Origin: Methyloligellaceae bacterium
GTDB lineage: Bacteria > Pseudomonadota > Alphaproteobacteria > Rhizobiales > Methyloligellaceae
Assembly (NCBI GenBank): GCA_046717125.1
Contig: JBKJVQ010000070.1
Location: 1-46,960 of the forward strand
DNA: 46,960 nt
Direction: 5' to 3'
Shown here: positions 19,208-28,559 of the stretch, in pieces
Layout of the letters: every line of letters begins with the position of its first letter
Numbering within the stretch: the first letter of the stretch is position 1
Notes under the pieces: model-generated
Seen by the model: the letters and a program-made list of their open reading frames with translations, nothing else
Told to the model about the DNA's origin: nothing
Databases searched by the model: none
Made by a program: the position numbers and the translations under genes

Positions 19208-20031
19208 CCCTCGCCCTGCCCCAGCTGCCGCGCATCATCGCGCTGGCCAATCAGAAAGGCGGCGTCGGCAAGACGACGACGGCAATCAATCTCGGCACGG
19301 CGCTCGCCGCCGTGCAGGAGAATGTGCTCATCTTCGATCTCGATCCTCAGGGCAACGCGTCGACCGGGCTCGGCGTGCCGCGTGATAAGCGTGCGCGCTC
19401 GAGCTACGACGTGCTGGCCGGCCATGCCGCGATCGAGAACGCGCGCCAGCCGACCAACGTGCCCCGGCTTTCGATCGTGCCTGCGAACTACGATCTGCTC
19501 GCTCTGGAGCGCGATCTGGCGACAGCCCCCGCCTCGGCGCGCGCCTACCGCCTGCGCGACGCGGTCGCCATGCTTGCCGCCGCCGAGGCCGGCCGCGATG
19601 CGCAGACGAGCTACGTGCTGATCGACTGCCCCCCGTCCCTCAATATCCTGACCATCAATGCGCTCGCCGCGGCGGATGCCGTGCTTGTGCCGCTGCAATG
19701 CGAGTTCTTCGCCATGGAAGGCCTCGCCCATCTGATGGAGACGATCGCCAAAGTGCGCGCGAGCCTGAACCCGCGCCTCGAAATCCAGGGTGTCGTGCTG
19801 ACCATGTTCGACGGCCGCAACAATTTGTCGGCCCAGGTCGTGGACGATGTCCGTGCGACCCTTGGGGACAAAGTCTATGCCACGGTGATCCCGCGCAATG
19901 TGCGCGTGTCGGAGGCGCCGTCCTTCGGCAAGCCGGTACTGCTCTACGATTACCGCTGCACCGGCAGCCAGGCCTATATCCGCCTGGCCTCGGAAATTAT
20001 TGAGCGCGAGCGGCAATTGCGGGCGGCATGA
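19204..20031 (+). CDS. parA: Chromosome partitioning ATPase ParA (Soj)
   Basis: 275 aa with deviant Walker A IALANQKGGVGKTTTAINL. Confidence 0.95.
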   Translation: MTLALPQLPRIIALANQKGGVGKTTTAINLGTALAAVQENVLIFDLDPQGNASTGLGVPRDKRARSSYDVLAGHAAIENARQPTNVPRLSIVPANYDLLALERDLATAPASARAYRLRDAVAMLAAAEAGRDAQTSYVLIDCPPSLNILTINALAAADAVLVPLQCEFFAMEGLAHLMETIAKVRASLNPRLEIQGVVLTMFDGRNNLSAQVVDDVRATLGDKVYATVIPRNVRVSEAPSFGKPVLLYDYRCTGSQAYIRLASEIIERERQLRAA

Positions 20032-21002
20032 GTCGGATGCGCTTCATCGTGCGAAAAAGCGGTCCACGCTTCGCCGAAGGCGAGAGCGAGGAATCTGAGG
20101 GAGGACAAGGCGTGAGCGCAAACGCAGGCAGAAAGAACAGGCTCGGCATGGGGCTCGCCGCGCTGATCGGCGATCAGGGCAATACCGCAGCGGCGGCGGA
20201 GGATGTCGGTAGCCGGACGCTGCGCCTCGATGCGATCCGCCCCAGCCCGTTCAATCCGCGCCGCAGCTTTCCGAAGGAACAACTCGACGAGCTGGCCGCC
20301 TCGATCCGCGAGCGCGGGCTCATCCAGCCGCTCGTTGTCCGGCCCGTCGCGGACGGCGGCGCGGCTCGGTACGAAATCGTCGCCGGCGAACGCCGCTGGC
20401 GGGCCGCGCAGCTTGCGGGTCTCGACGACCTTCCTGTGATTATCCGTGTACTGACCGATAATCAGGCTCTCGAGCTTGCGATTATCGAAAACGTTCAGCG
20501 TACAGATTTGAATTCGGTAGAGGAGGCTCAAGGCTACCGCGATCTACTCGACAACCATCAGTATACGCATGATAATCTGGCGCAGACGATCGGCAAGAGC
20601 AGGAGCCATGTCACGAATACGCTGCGCCTGCTGCAGCTGCCGGACGATGTGCTGGACCTCGTGCGCGAGGGGCTCCTCTCGGCCGGGCATGCGCGCGCTC
20701 TGATCGGTCATCCCGATGCGCTTGCGCTTGCGCGCCGCGTTATCGGCGAGGGTTTGAGCGTGCGCGCCGTCGAGGCGCTGATGCAGGAGCCGAAAGAAGC
20801 CAGGGATCGCGGACCAAAGCCGGTAAAGCCTGCCGATACGCGCGCCGTCGAGGAGGAATTGTCTGACGCGCTTGGCCTCGGCGTCGCGTTGCATCAGGGG
20901 CGCGGCGAGAAGGGTGAGCTGAGGATCCGCTACGCAACGCTCGAACAGTTTGAGGACATTCGCGCGCGGCTGATGCAGGCGGCGCAGCGCCGGGCGCTCT
21001 AG
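20028..21002 (+). CDS. parB: Chromosome partitioning protein ParB (Spo0J)
   Basis: 324 aa with ParB box motifs LIQPLVVRP, IVAGERRWRAA and ENVQRTDLN, plus an HTH. The true start may be downstream of 20028. Confidence 0.95.
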   Translation: MSRMRFIVRKSGPRFAEGESEESEGGQGVSANAGRKNRLGMGLAALIGDQGNTAAAAEDVGSRTLRLDAIRPSPFNPRRSFPKEQLDELAASIRERGLIQPLVVRPVADGGAARYEIVAGERRWRAAQLAGLDDLPVIIRVLTDNQALELAIIENVQRTDLNSVEEAQGYRDLLDNHQYTHDNLAQTIGKSRSHVTNTLRLLQLPDDVLDLVREGLLSAGHARALIGHPDALALARRVIGEGLSVRAVEALMQEPKEARDRGPKPVKPADTRAVEEELSDALGLGVALHQGRGEKGELRIRYATLEQFEDIRARLMQAAQRRAL

Positions 21003-22003
21003 CCGGAGCGGGGCGCGGCCAGTTCGAGGATCAGCCGTTCGACCAGCGCCTGTTCCATCCCGCTGTTCAGCCGCGACTGCATGACCGCTTCCTGGACCAA
21101 TGTCAGCGCGCGCGCCAGACCGGAAGGGCCGAGCCGCCTGATCTGCCCGGCAATCGCGTTGGTGCGGGTGAAATGGAGCGGCGGGCGTATGCCGCGCAGC
21201 GCGGTTTCGAGCCCGCGCTCGTCGGCGACGAGGGCCACTTTGTGCAAATCGGCGATATGGCGGGCAAGCACAGCAAGCGCGCCCTGGGGCGACGTGCCCG
21301 CCGCATCGAGCCTGATGAGTTCGGCGATCGCGCCGGCCGCGTCGCCGCTACCGACTTTGTCGACGAACAGGTCCAGGCCGGATTCGGCCACGTCGCCGAC
21401 CACGGCTTGAACGTCGTCGAGCGTGATCTCGGTCTTGCCGGCGCAGTAAAGCGCGAGTTTTGTGAGTTCGCTCCGCGACACGGCCTGATCGCCGCCGAGC
21501 TGGGCGGTGAGCGCCCGGCGTGCATCGCGCGACAGTTTGAGATTTGTCGCGCCTAGCTCCGCATCGATCATGCGGGCGAGATCATTCGCCTCCGCATAGC
21601 AAGGCAACGCGGCGAGGCGCGCGTCTTTCTCGAATAACGCCCGCAATGACGCACCCGGCTTAAGCGGACCTGATTCGACAATCAGCCTGCCGTCGAGCCC
21701 CGTCTCGAACAGTGGCCGGATCATGTCTGCACCGACGCGCCCACCGGCCGTCAGCCGCACGATGGTCGCGCCGCCGAACAAACCGCCCGAGCGGAGCGCG
21801 ACATGCAGCCGGTCGGGGCCCTCGGCAAGGTCGCGATCGTCAAGCCGCAATATCGCGCCGTCTCCCCCGGCGAGCCGTTTTGCGAGGTCGGCCGCACGCT
21901 CTGTGACGAGCCCGGCGTCCGGGCCGTAAAGCAGGAAGCCGAGCGTGTTGCGCGGTGGGGCTGCGATCAGCGCCGCGACACCGGAGGATTTATGCGTCGT
22001 CAT
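20999..22003 (-). CDS. holA: DNA polymerase III delta subunit
   Basis: 334 aa with N-terminal LLYGPDAGLV. Conserved leuS-lptE-holA order. Confidence 0.82.
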   Translation of the reverse strand: MTTHKSSGVAALIAAPPRNTLGFLLYGPDAGLVTERAADLAKRLAGGDGAILRLDDRDLAEGPDRLHVALRSGGLFGGATIVRLTAGGRVGADMIRPLFETGLDGRLIVESGPLKPGASLRALFEKDARLAALPCYAEANDLARMIDAELGATNLKLSRDARRALTAQLGGDQAVSRSELTKLALYCAGKTEITLDDVQAVVGDVAESGLDLFVDKVGSGDAAGAIAELIRLDAAGTSPQGALAVLARHIADLHKVALVADERGLETALRGIRPPLHFTRTNAIAGQIRRLGPSGLARALTLVQEAVMQSRLNSGMEQALVERLILELAAPRSG

Positions 22004-22021
22004 GCCGGAACAGGAAAGACG

Positions 22022-22555
22022 TTAGGCCGCCCGGGAAAGATAGGCCGCGAGGCGCGTCTTGATCGTCTCGGCGACGGTATTCGCCGCACGGTTTTCCGCG
22101 TCGACCCGGGCGCGCACGTTGGCGAATATGGTTTCGACGCGGTCAAACGCTGCGCGGCTCACGCCCGTGCCTTCGAATATCATGACGTTGTCGCTGATGC
22201 GGAACAGCTTGAAACTGGCCTGAAGCTGATAGATCTGCGCGCCGATTTCGCCATCGAGCCGGACGGCCTGGTCAGTGATCGATTCCTTGATTGCGATCTC
22301 CAGCCGGTAAACCGAAGGAGCGGCCGCGCCGCCGCCGGTCTTGGCGAAAATGAGTTCGTTACGCAGGCGCTGCCCGACCCGATTCGGAATCGGTGCTATT
22401 TCGACCGCCGCCATGGCGTCGGTCACCCGCGCGCCCGCGGCTGTCGAGCCGTAAAGCGGCTGGAAGCCGCAGCCGCCGAGCGCAAGCGCAGCCGCGCAAA
22501 GCATGACAGCCGCGCAAACGACGCACCGCCTCCTGCGCCGGTCAGCCGACGACAT
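22022..22555 (-). CDS. lptE: LPS-assembly lipoprotein LptE (RlpB)
   Basis: 177 aa with lipobox LALGGC followed by GFQPLYG. Overlaps the leuS 3' end, as is typical. Confidence 0.8.
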   Translation of the reverse strand: MSSADRRRRRCVVCAAVMLCAAALALGGCGFQPLYGSTAAGARVTDAMAAVEIAPIPNRVGQRLRNELIFAKTGGGAAAPSVYRLEIAIKESITDQAVRLDGEIGAQIYQLQASFKLFRISDNVMIFEGTGVSRAAFDRVETIFANVRARVDAENRAANTVAETIKTRLAAYLSRAA

Positions 22556-25148
22556 TGACGATCCTCTCCGGAATCACGATCACTTTCTTGACGCTGCGTC
22601 CCCCGAGCGCCCGCGCCACCGCATCGAGGCGGAGCGCTGCAGCTTCAATATCCTCTTTCGTGGCGTTGCGCGCAACAATCAACTCGTCGCGGCGCTTGCC
22701 GTTGACCTGCACCGCCATGGTTACACTATCTTCGACCAGCAAGGCGGGATCGGGCTCAGGCCAAGGCGTTTCTGCGACAAGGCCATCATTGCCGAGCATG
22801 GCCCAAGCCTCTTCGGCCAGATGTGGCGTCATCGGGCCCATGATCAGGATCAGGAACGAGGCAGCCTCCCGCAAAGCCCCCGAAAGCGCCGGTGAAAGCT
22901 CGGATTTCGCCTCGCGCAGGGCGGTCTGCAGCGCATTGGCGAGCTCATAAGCCTGGGCGACGGCGGTATTGAAACGCAGCCGCTCGATCGACTGCGTGGC
23001 ATGCGCCAGCGCCCGATGCGCTGCCTTGCGCAGGGCGAGCGCGTTGTCGTCGGATGCATTCGCAAGGGTGACGTCGGCCTGTGGCATTTCCGCCACGTCG
23101 CGCGCGATTCGCCACACGCGCTGGATGAACCGATGCGCGCCGTCAACGCCGGCTGTGGACCATTCAATGTCGCGCTCGGGCGGCGTGTCGGAAAGTATGA
23201 ACCAGCGCGCGGTATCGGCTCCGAAACTCGCGACGATCTCGTCGGGGTCGACCACGTTCTTCTTGGATTTCGACATCGATTCGATCGGGCCGATCGTGAT
23301 GGGCTGGCCCGTTTCGGTGTGCCGGGCCGTTCCTCGTTCAAGAATGACGTCCTTCGGGAAGACCCATTTCCCGGCTTCGTCCTTGTACGTCGCGTGCGTC
23401 AGCATGCCTTGGGCGAACAGCGCCCGGAACGGTTCGTCGAGATCGACATCGCCGGTCGCGTGCAGCGCGCGCGTGAAAAAGCGTGAATAGAGGAGATGCA
23501 GGATCGCGTGCTCGACGCCGCCGATATATTGGTCGACGGGCAGCCAGTAGGACGCGGCCTCGGGCGCGGTCGGGCTGTCCGCATCCGGCGCGGTGAAGCG
23601 CGCGAAATACCAGGACGAGTCGACGAACGTGTCCATCGTGTCGGTTTCGCGCCGAGCCGGTGCGCCGCATTTGGGGCAGGGCGCGCGGCTGAATGTCGGA
23701 TGCCGGTCGAGCGGGTTGCCCGGCTGATCGAACGTCACGTCGTCCGGCAGCTTGACCGGCAGATCAGCCGCCGGCACGGGTACGATGCCGCACGATTCGC
23801 AATGGATAACGGGAATTGGGCAACCCCAGTAGCGCTGTCGCGAAATGCCCCAGTCGCGTAAGCGGAATTTGACTGAACGCGTCGCTTGCGGCGCGCCATG
23901 AAGCGTTTCACGCTCCAGAAATTGCGCGACCGCTTCCTTGGCTTCCGGCACGGACCTGCCGTTCAGGAATTCCGAATTGATGAGCGTGCCGTCGCCGGTG
24001 AAGGCCTCTTCGCCGATGGCGAATGTGGCAGCGTCCGCGCCGGGCGGCAGCACGACCGGCATCACCGGCAGGCGATAGGCGCGGGCAAATTCCAGGTCGC
24101 GCTCGTCATGCGCCGGGCAGCCAAAGATTGCGCCGGTGCCGTACTCCATCAGCACGAAATTGGCGATATAGACCGGCAGCGTCTCGTCCTCGGCCAGCGG
24201 GTGATGCACGCGCAAGCCCGTATCGAACCCGCGCTTTTCCGCCGTCTCGATCGCGGCGGCAGTGACCCCGCCGCGGCGGCAGCTTTCGATGAAGGCGCGC
24301 GCCTCCTCGCTCCTCGCGGCGACGGAAGCTGCGAGCGGATGGTCCGGGGCGACGGCGACGAAACTCGCGCCGAACAGCGTATCGGCGCGCGTCGTATAGA
24401 TTTCGACCACGCGGCCAAAGCCGGGCGCGTCCGCCTCCAGTTCGAATCGGATGGTCAGCCCTTCGGAGCGCCCGATCCAGTTCTCCTGCATCAGCCTGAC
24501 TTTTTCCGGCCAGCGGTCAAGTGTCGCTAGTCCATCGAGCAGTTCGTCCGCATACTGCGTAATACGGAACACCCATTGTTCGCGTGTCTGCTGCTCGATC
24601 AGCGCCCCGGAGCGCCAGCCCCGGCCGTCGATCACCTGCTCGTTCGCGAGCACGGTGTTGTCGACGGGGTCCCAGTTCACTTTCTTCTTCTGGCGCGCGA
24701 CGAGCCCAGCGGCGAGCATGTCCAGAAACAGCTTCTGCTGCTGGTGATAATAGGCGACGTCGCAGGTCGCGAACTCACGGCTCCAGTCGATCGACAGGCC
24801 CATCGCCTTGAGCTGGTCGCGCATGGCGGCGATATTGTCGTAGGTCCATTTGGCGGGATGCATTCCGCGCTCGATGGCCGCGTTCTCGGCCGGCATGCCG
24901 AACGCGTCCCAGCCCATCGGATGCAGCACGTTGTAGCCGCGCGCGCGCATGAACCGCGCCACGACGTCGCCCATCGTGTAGTTGCGCACGTGGCCCATGT
25001 GAATGCGGCCCGAAGGGTAGGGGAACATTTCGAGCACATAGTATTTTGGGCGCGAGCGATCCTCCGGCGCGCGGAATATGCCGCGCTCCTCCCAGACGGA
25101 CTGCCAGTGACGCTCGCGCGAGGGCGCGTCGTAGCGGTCGGACGCCAT
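22542..25148 (-). CDS. leuS: Leucine--tRNA ligase
   Basis: 868 aa with HIGH-type [15 protein letters not shown] and KMSKS-type SMSKSKKN. Confidence 0.98.
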   Translation of the reverse strand: MASDRYDAPSRERHWQSVWEERGIFRAPEDRSRPKYYVLEMFPYPSGRIHMGHVRNYTMGDVVARFMRARGYNVLHPMGWDAFGMPAENAAIERGMHPAKWTYDNIAAMRDQLKAMGLSIDWSREFATCDVAYYHQQQKLFLDMLAAGLVARQKKKVNWDPVDNTVLANEQVIDGRGWRSGALIEQQTREQWVFRITQYADELLDGLATLDRWPEKVRLMQENWIGRSEGLTIRFELEADAPGFGRVVEIYTTRADTLFGASFVAVAPDHPLAASVAARSEEARAFIESCRRGGVTAAAIETAEKRGFDTGLRVHHPLAEDETLPVYIANFVLMEYGTGAIFGCPAHDERDLEFARAYRLPVMPVVLPPGADAATFAIGEEAFTGDGTLINSEFLNGRSVPEAKEAVAQFLERETLHGAPQATRSVKFRLRDWGISRQRYWGCPIPVIHCESCGIVPVPAADLPVKLPDDVTFDQPGNPLDRHPTFSRAPCPKCGAPARRETDTMDTFVDSSWYFARFTAPDADSPTAPEAASYWLPVDQYIGGVEHAILHLLYSRFFTRALHATGDVDLDEPFRALFAQGMLTHATYKDEAGKWVFPKDVILERGTARHTETGQPITIGPIESMSKSKKNVVDPDEIVASFGADTARWFILSDTPPERDIEWSTAGVDGAHRFIQRVWRIARDVAEMPQADVTLANASDDNALALRKAAHRALAHATQSIERLRFNTAVAQAYELANALQTALREAKSELSPALSGALREAASFLILIMGPMTPHLAEEAWAMLGNDGLVAETPWPEPDPALLVEDSVTMAVQVNGKRRDELIVARNATKEDIEAAALRLDAVARALGGRSVKKVIVIPERIVNVVG

Positions 25149-25239
25149 CGATGATGTTCCCGGAAAACTGAAGGCGCGGCAAGGAAACGCAAAGGGTCCC
25201 GAGCGTCAAGCAGTTGCGGAAGGCCGCGCCTTACCTGGG

Positions 25240-25347
25240 GCATGATGCCGAAAAGTGTGAAGCGGTTTTCGGATCACATCATGCTCCAAACTCTTGAATC
25301 CGATCACGTTCATGGGTTCGGGTGATCAACCCGAACCCATCGTGATC
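25240..25347 (+). repeat. Bipartite palindromic intergenic repeat, copy B (H2 25240-25284, H1 25302-25347), in the yggS 5' leader
   Basis: H1 is GATCACG-ATGGGTTCGGGT-GATCA-ACCCGAACCCAT-CGTGATC. H2 is GCATGATGCCGAAAA...TTTTCGGATCACATCATGC. It aligns collinearly with the reverse complement of 7500-7635. Confidence 0.75.
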
Positions 25348-25359
25348 TATGGTGCCGCG

Positions 25360-26031
25360 ATGGACGAAAATTCAGCCTCAGCGCGGCTCGGTGAAGTCAG
25401 AGCGCGCATCGCGAACGCGGCGGCACGGGCAAGGCGAAACGCTTCGGATATCACGCTGATCGCGGTGTCCAAGACCCACGCGGCGGAAACGGTGCGCAGC
25501 CTGATCGCCGCCGGCCAGACAGTCTTCGGCGAAAACCGCGTCCAGGAGGCGCAAGGCAAATGGCCGGAGCTGCGAAAGGACTATCCCGGCGTCGCGCTGC
25601 ATCTGATCGGGCCGCTGCAGACCAACAAGGCGCGCGACGCCGTCGCCCTGTTCGATGCCATCCACGGTCTCGACCGGGATAGGCTGGCGCGCGCCATCGC
25701 CGGCGCCGTCCAGCAGGAAGGGCGCATGCCGCTCCTCTTCGTGCAGGTCAACACGGGGAAAGAGCCGCAGAAATCGGGCGTCGAGGCGGACGAGGTGGAG
25801 AGCTTTGTGGCAAGCTGCCGCAAGGACTATGCGCTCGATCCTACGGGTCTGATGTGCCTGCCGCCGTTCGGCGAGGACCCTGCGCCGCATTTCGTGCAGC
25901 TTGCGAAACTTGCACGCGACGTCGGACTGACCGTCTTGAGCATGGGCATGAGCGACGATTTTGAAACCGCGATCGCCCATGGCGCTACCCATGTTCGGGT
26001 CGGCACGGCGCTGTTCGGCGCGCGGGAATAA
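25360..26031 (+). CDS. yggS: YggS-family pyridoxal-phosphate homeostasis protein
   Basis: LIAVSKTH (PLP Lys), FGENRVQE and HLIGPLQTNK motifs. Start MDENSAS at 25360 is preferred over the track start, which reads through the hairpin repeat. Confidence 0.88.
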   Translation: MDENSASARLGEVRARIANAAARARRNASDITLIAVSKTHAAETVRSLIAAGQTVFGENRVQEAQGKWPELRKDYPGVALHLIGPLQTNKARDAVALFDAIHGLDRDRLARAIAGAVQQEGRMPLLFVQVNTGKEPQKSGVEADEVESFVASCRKDYALDPTGLMCLPPFGEDPAPHFVQLAKLARDVGLTVLSMGMSDDFETAIAHGATHVRVGTALFGARE

Positions 26032-26038
26032 GCGCTCC

Positions 26039-26620
26039 TCAGCCGGTCACGACCACGCGCGTCGACTGTGAAATGCGCCCCAGCAGCCAGCGCAGATCGG
26101 GTTTCGCAAAAGCGATGCAGCCCTCAGTCGGCGCAAGACGGTCGCGCGCAACGTGAATGAAGATGGCGCTGCCACAGCCGCGTTTGCGGGGGATGTCGTT
26201 GGCGCCGAGCACGAGAACGAGATCGTAGAGACTGTCGTCGCGCCACAGTCTCTCGGCGGATGCGCGATAAGGGTAGGGGACGGGCCGGTTGTAATTCGGA
26301 TCGGCCGGCGCGTCGCACCATCCGTCCTTTGGCCGAATCGCACGAGCCGGCAGTGGCGCGGCTGGCCGTGGCCCGCGATCGGCCCGATAAAGGAGCCGCC
26401 TCAACCCGAACGCGCCGCGCGGCGTCGCGCCGTCCCCTTCCCGCTTCAGTGCACCAATGCCCGAAGGTCCGATCGCGGCGCGCAACACCCGGCCGGCTAT
26501 CGTCACGCGCGCTTCGGCCTTGCGGACGGGCGCGCGGCGGACGTGAACAGACGCGATCCGATCACGTCGATTTGTTTTGTTGGGCTTGCGCCGCATCGTC
26601 ACCTTCCGCCCGATTGCCAT
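26039..26620 (-). CDS. L,D-transpeptidase (YkuD) fold family protein
   Basis: KREGDGATPRGAF and GSAIFIHVARDRLAPTEGCIAF (His...Gly-Cys catalytic signature). Start is ambiguous (26596, 26620 or 26659). Confidence 0.72.
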   Translation of the reverse strand: MAIGRKVTMRRKPNKTNRRDRIASVHVRRAPVRKAEARVTIAGRVLRAAIGPSGIGALKREGDGATPRGAFGLRRLLYRADRGPRPAAPLPARAIRPKDGWCDAPADPNYNRPVPYPYRASAERLWRDDSLYDLVLVLGANDIPRKRGCGSAIFIHVARDRLAPTEGCIAFAKPDLRWLLGRISQSTRVVVTG

Positions 26621-26677
26621 CACATTCGACCGGGCCGTGTTACAAATGATTGAATACAAACGATTCCCGGGGGGAAG

Positions 26678-27364
26678 ATGAGCGCTGCGCGTACGATCCT
26701 AATAACCGACGACGATGTCGAGCTTCGCGACAGCTTGCGCGATCAACTTGACCTCGACGCGGAGTTCACGACGATGGTCGCGGGCTCGGGCGAGGAGGCG
26801 CTCGCCGTCGCAGGGCGGGAGCATATTGACCTCGTGATCCTCGATGTCGGGCTTCCCGACATGGACGGGCGCGAGGTTTGCCGCGCCTTGCGCAAGCGCG
26901 GCTTCAAGAGCCCGGTCATCATGCTGACGGGTCAGGTCGAGGATGCCGATCAGATCGAAGGGCTTGAGGCGGGCGCAAACGATTATGTCGTCAAGCCGTT
27001 CCGGTTCGCCGTGCTCGTCGCCCGCATCCGCGCGCAGCTTCGCCAGTACGAGCAGAGCGACGATGCCGTGTTCACGATCGGACCTTACGCGTTCAGGCCG
27101 GCCAACAAGATCCTCGTCAGCGACGGCGGGAAGAAGGTCCGTCTGACGGAGAAGGAAACCTCGATCCTGAAGTTTCTCTATCGCGCCGGCGACAAGGTCG
27201 TGACGCGCGACATCCTCCTGCACGAGGTCTGGGGCTACAACGCGGGCGTAACGACGCATACGCTTGAAACCCACATCTATCGGTTGCGCCAGAAGATCGA
27301 GAAGGATCCCGCCAAGGCGGAGCTTCTCGTGACCGAAATGGGCGGATACCGTCTGGTTCCCTGA
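26678..27364 (+). CDS. OmpR/PhoB-family response regulator (receiver + winged helix), no kinase gene nearby
   Basis: 228 aa with ILITDDD, LVILDVGLPDMDG (phospho-Asp), ANDYVVKPF, and C-terminal TLETHIYRLRQKIE...GGYRLVP. Good SD (GGGGGAAG) 5' of the ATG. Confidence 0.9.
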   Translation: MSAARTILITDDDVELRDSLRDQLDLDAEFTTMVAGSGEEALAVAGREHIDLVILDVGLPDMDGREVCRALRKRGFKSPVIMLTGQVEDADQIEGLEAGANDYVVKPFRFAVLVARIRAQLRQYEQSDDAVFTIGPYAFRPANKILVSDGGKKVRLTEKETSILKFLYRAGDKVVTRDILLHEVWGYNAGVTTHTLETHIYRLRQKIEKDPAKAELLVTEMGGYRLVP

Positions 27365-27385
27365 CGCGGCCGAGCCCGTTGCGCC

Positions 27386-28201
27386 TCAGCCGTCGAAATC
27401 GACGATCACCGGCACATGGTCGGACCCGCGGGTCCAATCCCGCGCTTCCGACAGAACCTGCATTGCGCGCGACGTCGCGGCGAGATCGGGGGTCGCCCAG
27501 ACATGGTCGAGCCGCCGTCCCCGATTAGAGGCGCGCCAATCGCGGTTACGGTAGCTCCACCAAGTGAATAGTCGTTCCTCCGCAGGAACATGGCGGCGCA
27601 TGACGTCGACCCAGCCATACGACGCCTGCAGGCGCGCAAGCGCCTCAACCTCGACAGGCGTGTGGCTGACGACGTTCAGGAGCTGTTTGTGCGACCAGAC
27701 GTCGGTTTCGAGGGGCGCGACATTCAGGTCGCCTGTTAGCACCATACGTCCCCGAGGCTTGACGGGAGCCGCCTCGAACCAAGCGGCCGTGCCGTGGATA
27801 AAGTCGAGCTTGTCGCGAAATTTCGGATTGGCGTCGGGATCGGGCGTGTCGCCGCCGGCAGGTACGTACATGTTGTGGATGACGATGGGCTGAGCTTCAC
27901 CGGCGTCCAGCGAAACGCCCAGATGCCGTGCCTCGCCGCGTCCGTGGAAATCCTGTCGATCGACGGCGGACAAGATCGGCAGACGCGAAAGCGTGGCGAC
28001 GCCGTGATAACCCTTCTGGCCGCAGATCTCGATATGGCGATAGCCGTGGCGCGCGAGTGCGGCGAGCGGAAATGCGTCGTTCACGCACTTTATTTCCTGC
28101 AGGCATAGAATGTCGGGTTGGTGCTCGGCGATCAGCCGTTCGACCAGCCCAAGACGGAGGCGGACAGAGTTGATGTTCCAGGTCGCGAGCCGGAAGCGCA
28201 T
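27386..28201 (-). CDS. xthA: Exodeoxyribonuclease III
   Basis: 271 aa with LATWNINSVR, LCLQEIK and SDHVPVIVDF. Confidence 0.93.
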   Translation of the reverse strand: MRFRLATWNINSVRLRLGLVERLIAEHQPDILCLQEIKCVNDAFPLAALARHGYRHIEICGQKGYHGVATLSRLPILSAVDRQDFHGRGEARHLGVSLDAGEAQPIVIHNMYVPAGGDTPDPDANPKFRDKLDFIHGTAAWFEAAPVKPRGRMVLTGDLNVAPLETDVWSHKQLLNVVSHTPVEVEALARLQASYGWVDVMRRHVPAEERLFTWWSYRNRDWRASNRGRRLDHVWATPDLAATSRAMQVLSEARDWTRGSDHVPVIVDFDG

Positions 28202-28269
28202 CGTCAGACGGCGAGAGCCCGGAGACTCGCCATCACGAAGCCGTAATCGACTGCAAAAGAGCGACAGCC

Positions 28270-28308
28270 AAAAAAATGGCGCCCAACCGCTGCGCGGGGC
28301 TGGGCGCC
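28270..28308 (-). terminator. Rho-independent terminator (minus strand)
   Basis: Minus strand reads GGCGCCCA-(15 nt)-TGGGCGCC followed by ATTTTTTTGG. This is an 8-bp GC stem plus a U7 tract. Confidence 0.65.
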
Positions 28309-28425
28309 AAAGCGCATTTTATGCGCATTGCGCCGGGAGGGAAGCCGGCGCGAGCGGTGATGTCTTCGGCTAGACGGGGGGCACTACCGATGATGCGACA
28401 TCGCCCGCTTCTGCGATTAAAGTAA
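28270..28425 (-). ncRNA. Candidate small RNA (or structured 3' UTR) ending at the U7 terminator; 5' end not defined
   Basis: Three consecutive minus-strand hairpins. The first is GCGCCGG-CUUCCCUC-CCGGCGC (28330-28351). The second is GCGCAU-AAA-AUGCGC (28312-28326). The third is the terminator. No credible ORF is present. A weak TTGAAC-N16-TACTTT promoter-like sequence lies near 28420-28447. Confidence 0.35.
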
Positions 28426-28559
28426 TCCATCGGCGAATTGGTTCAATGCCCGATGCGAAAAAAAGTTAAGCCCACGTAAAGCCCGACCCCTGTTTTCACG
28501 CAAATGTGAACACAATTTCGCCGAATATTGGCGAAACGCGCATTTTTTGCGTGGTGCCT

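Noticed and set aside
25171-25232. 10-bp perfect inverted repeat AAGGCGCGGC ... GCCGCGCCTT in the leuS leader
   Set aside because: The arms are separated by 42 nt with no U tract. GC-rich 10-mers pair by chance fairly often in this composition, and no known leuS regulatory element of this form exists in proteobacteria.
28491-28512. TGTTTTCACGCAAATGTGAACA, a parS-like or operator-like imperfect palindrome
   Set aside because: It resembles the two parS half-sites split by about 5 extra bases, so it does not fit the contiguous 16-bp parS. It also matches no CRP/FNR/Fur-type spacing that I recognise. It may be part of the lolA-like gene's 3' structure, together with the adjacent TTTCGCC-N7-GGCGAAA hairpin.
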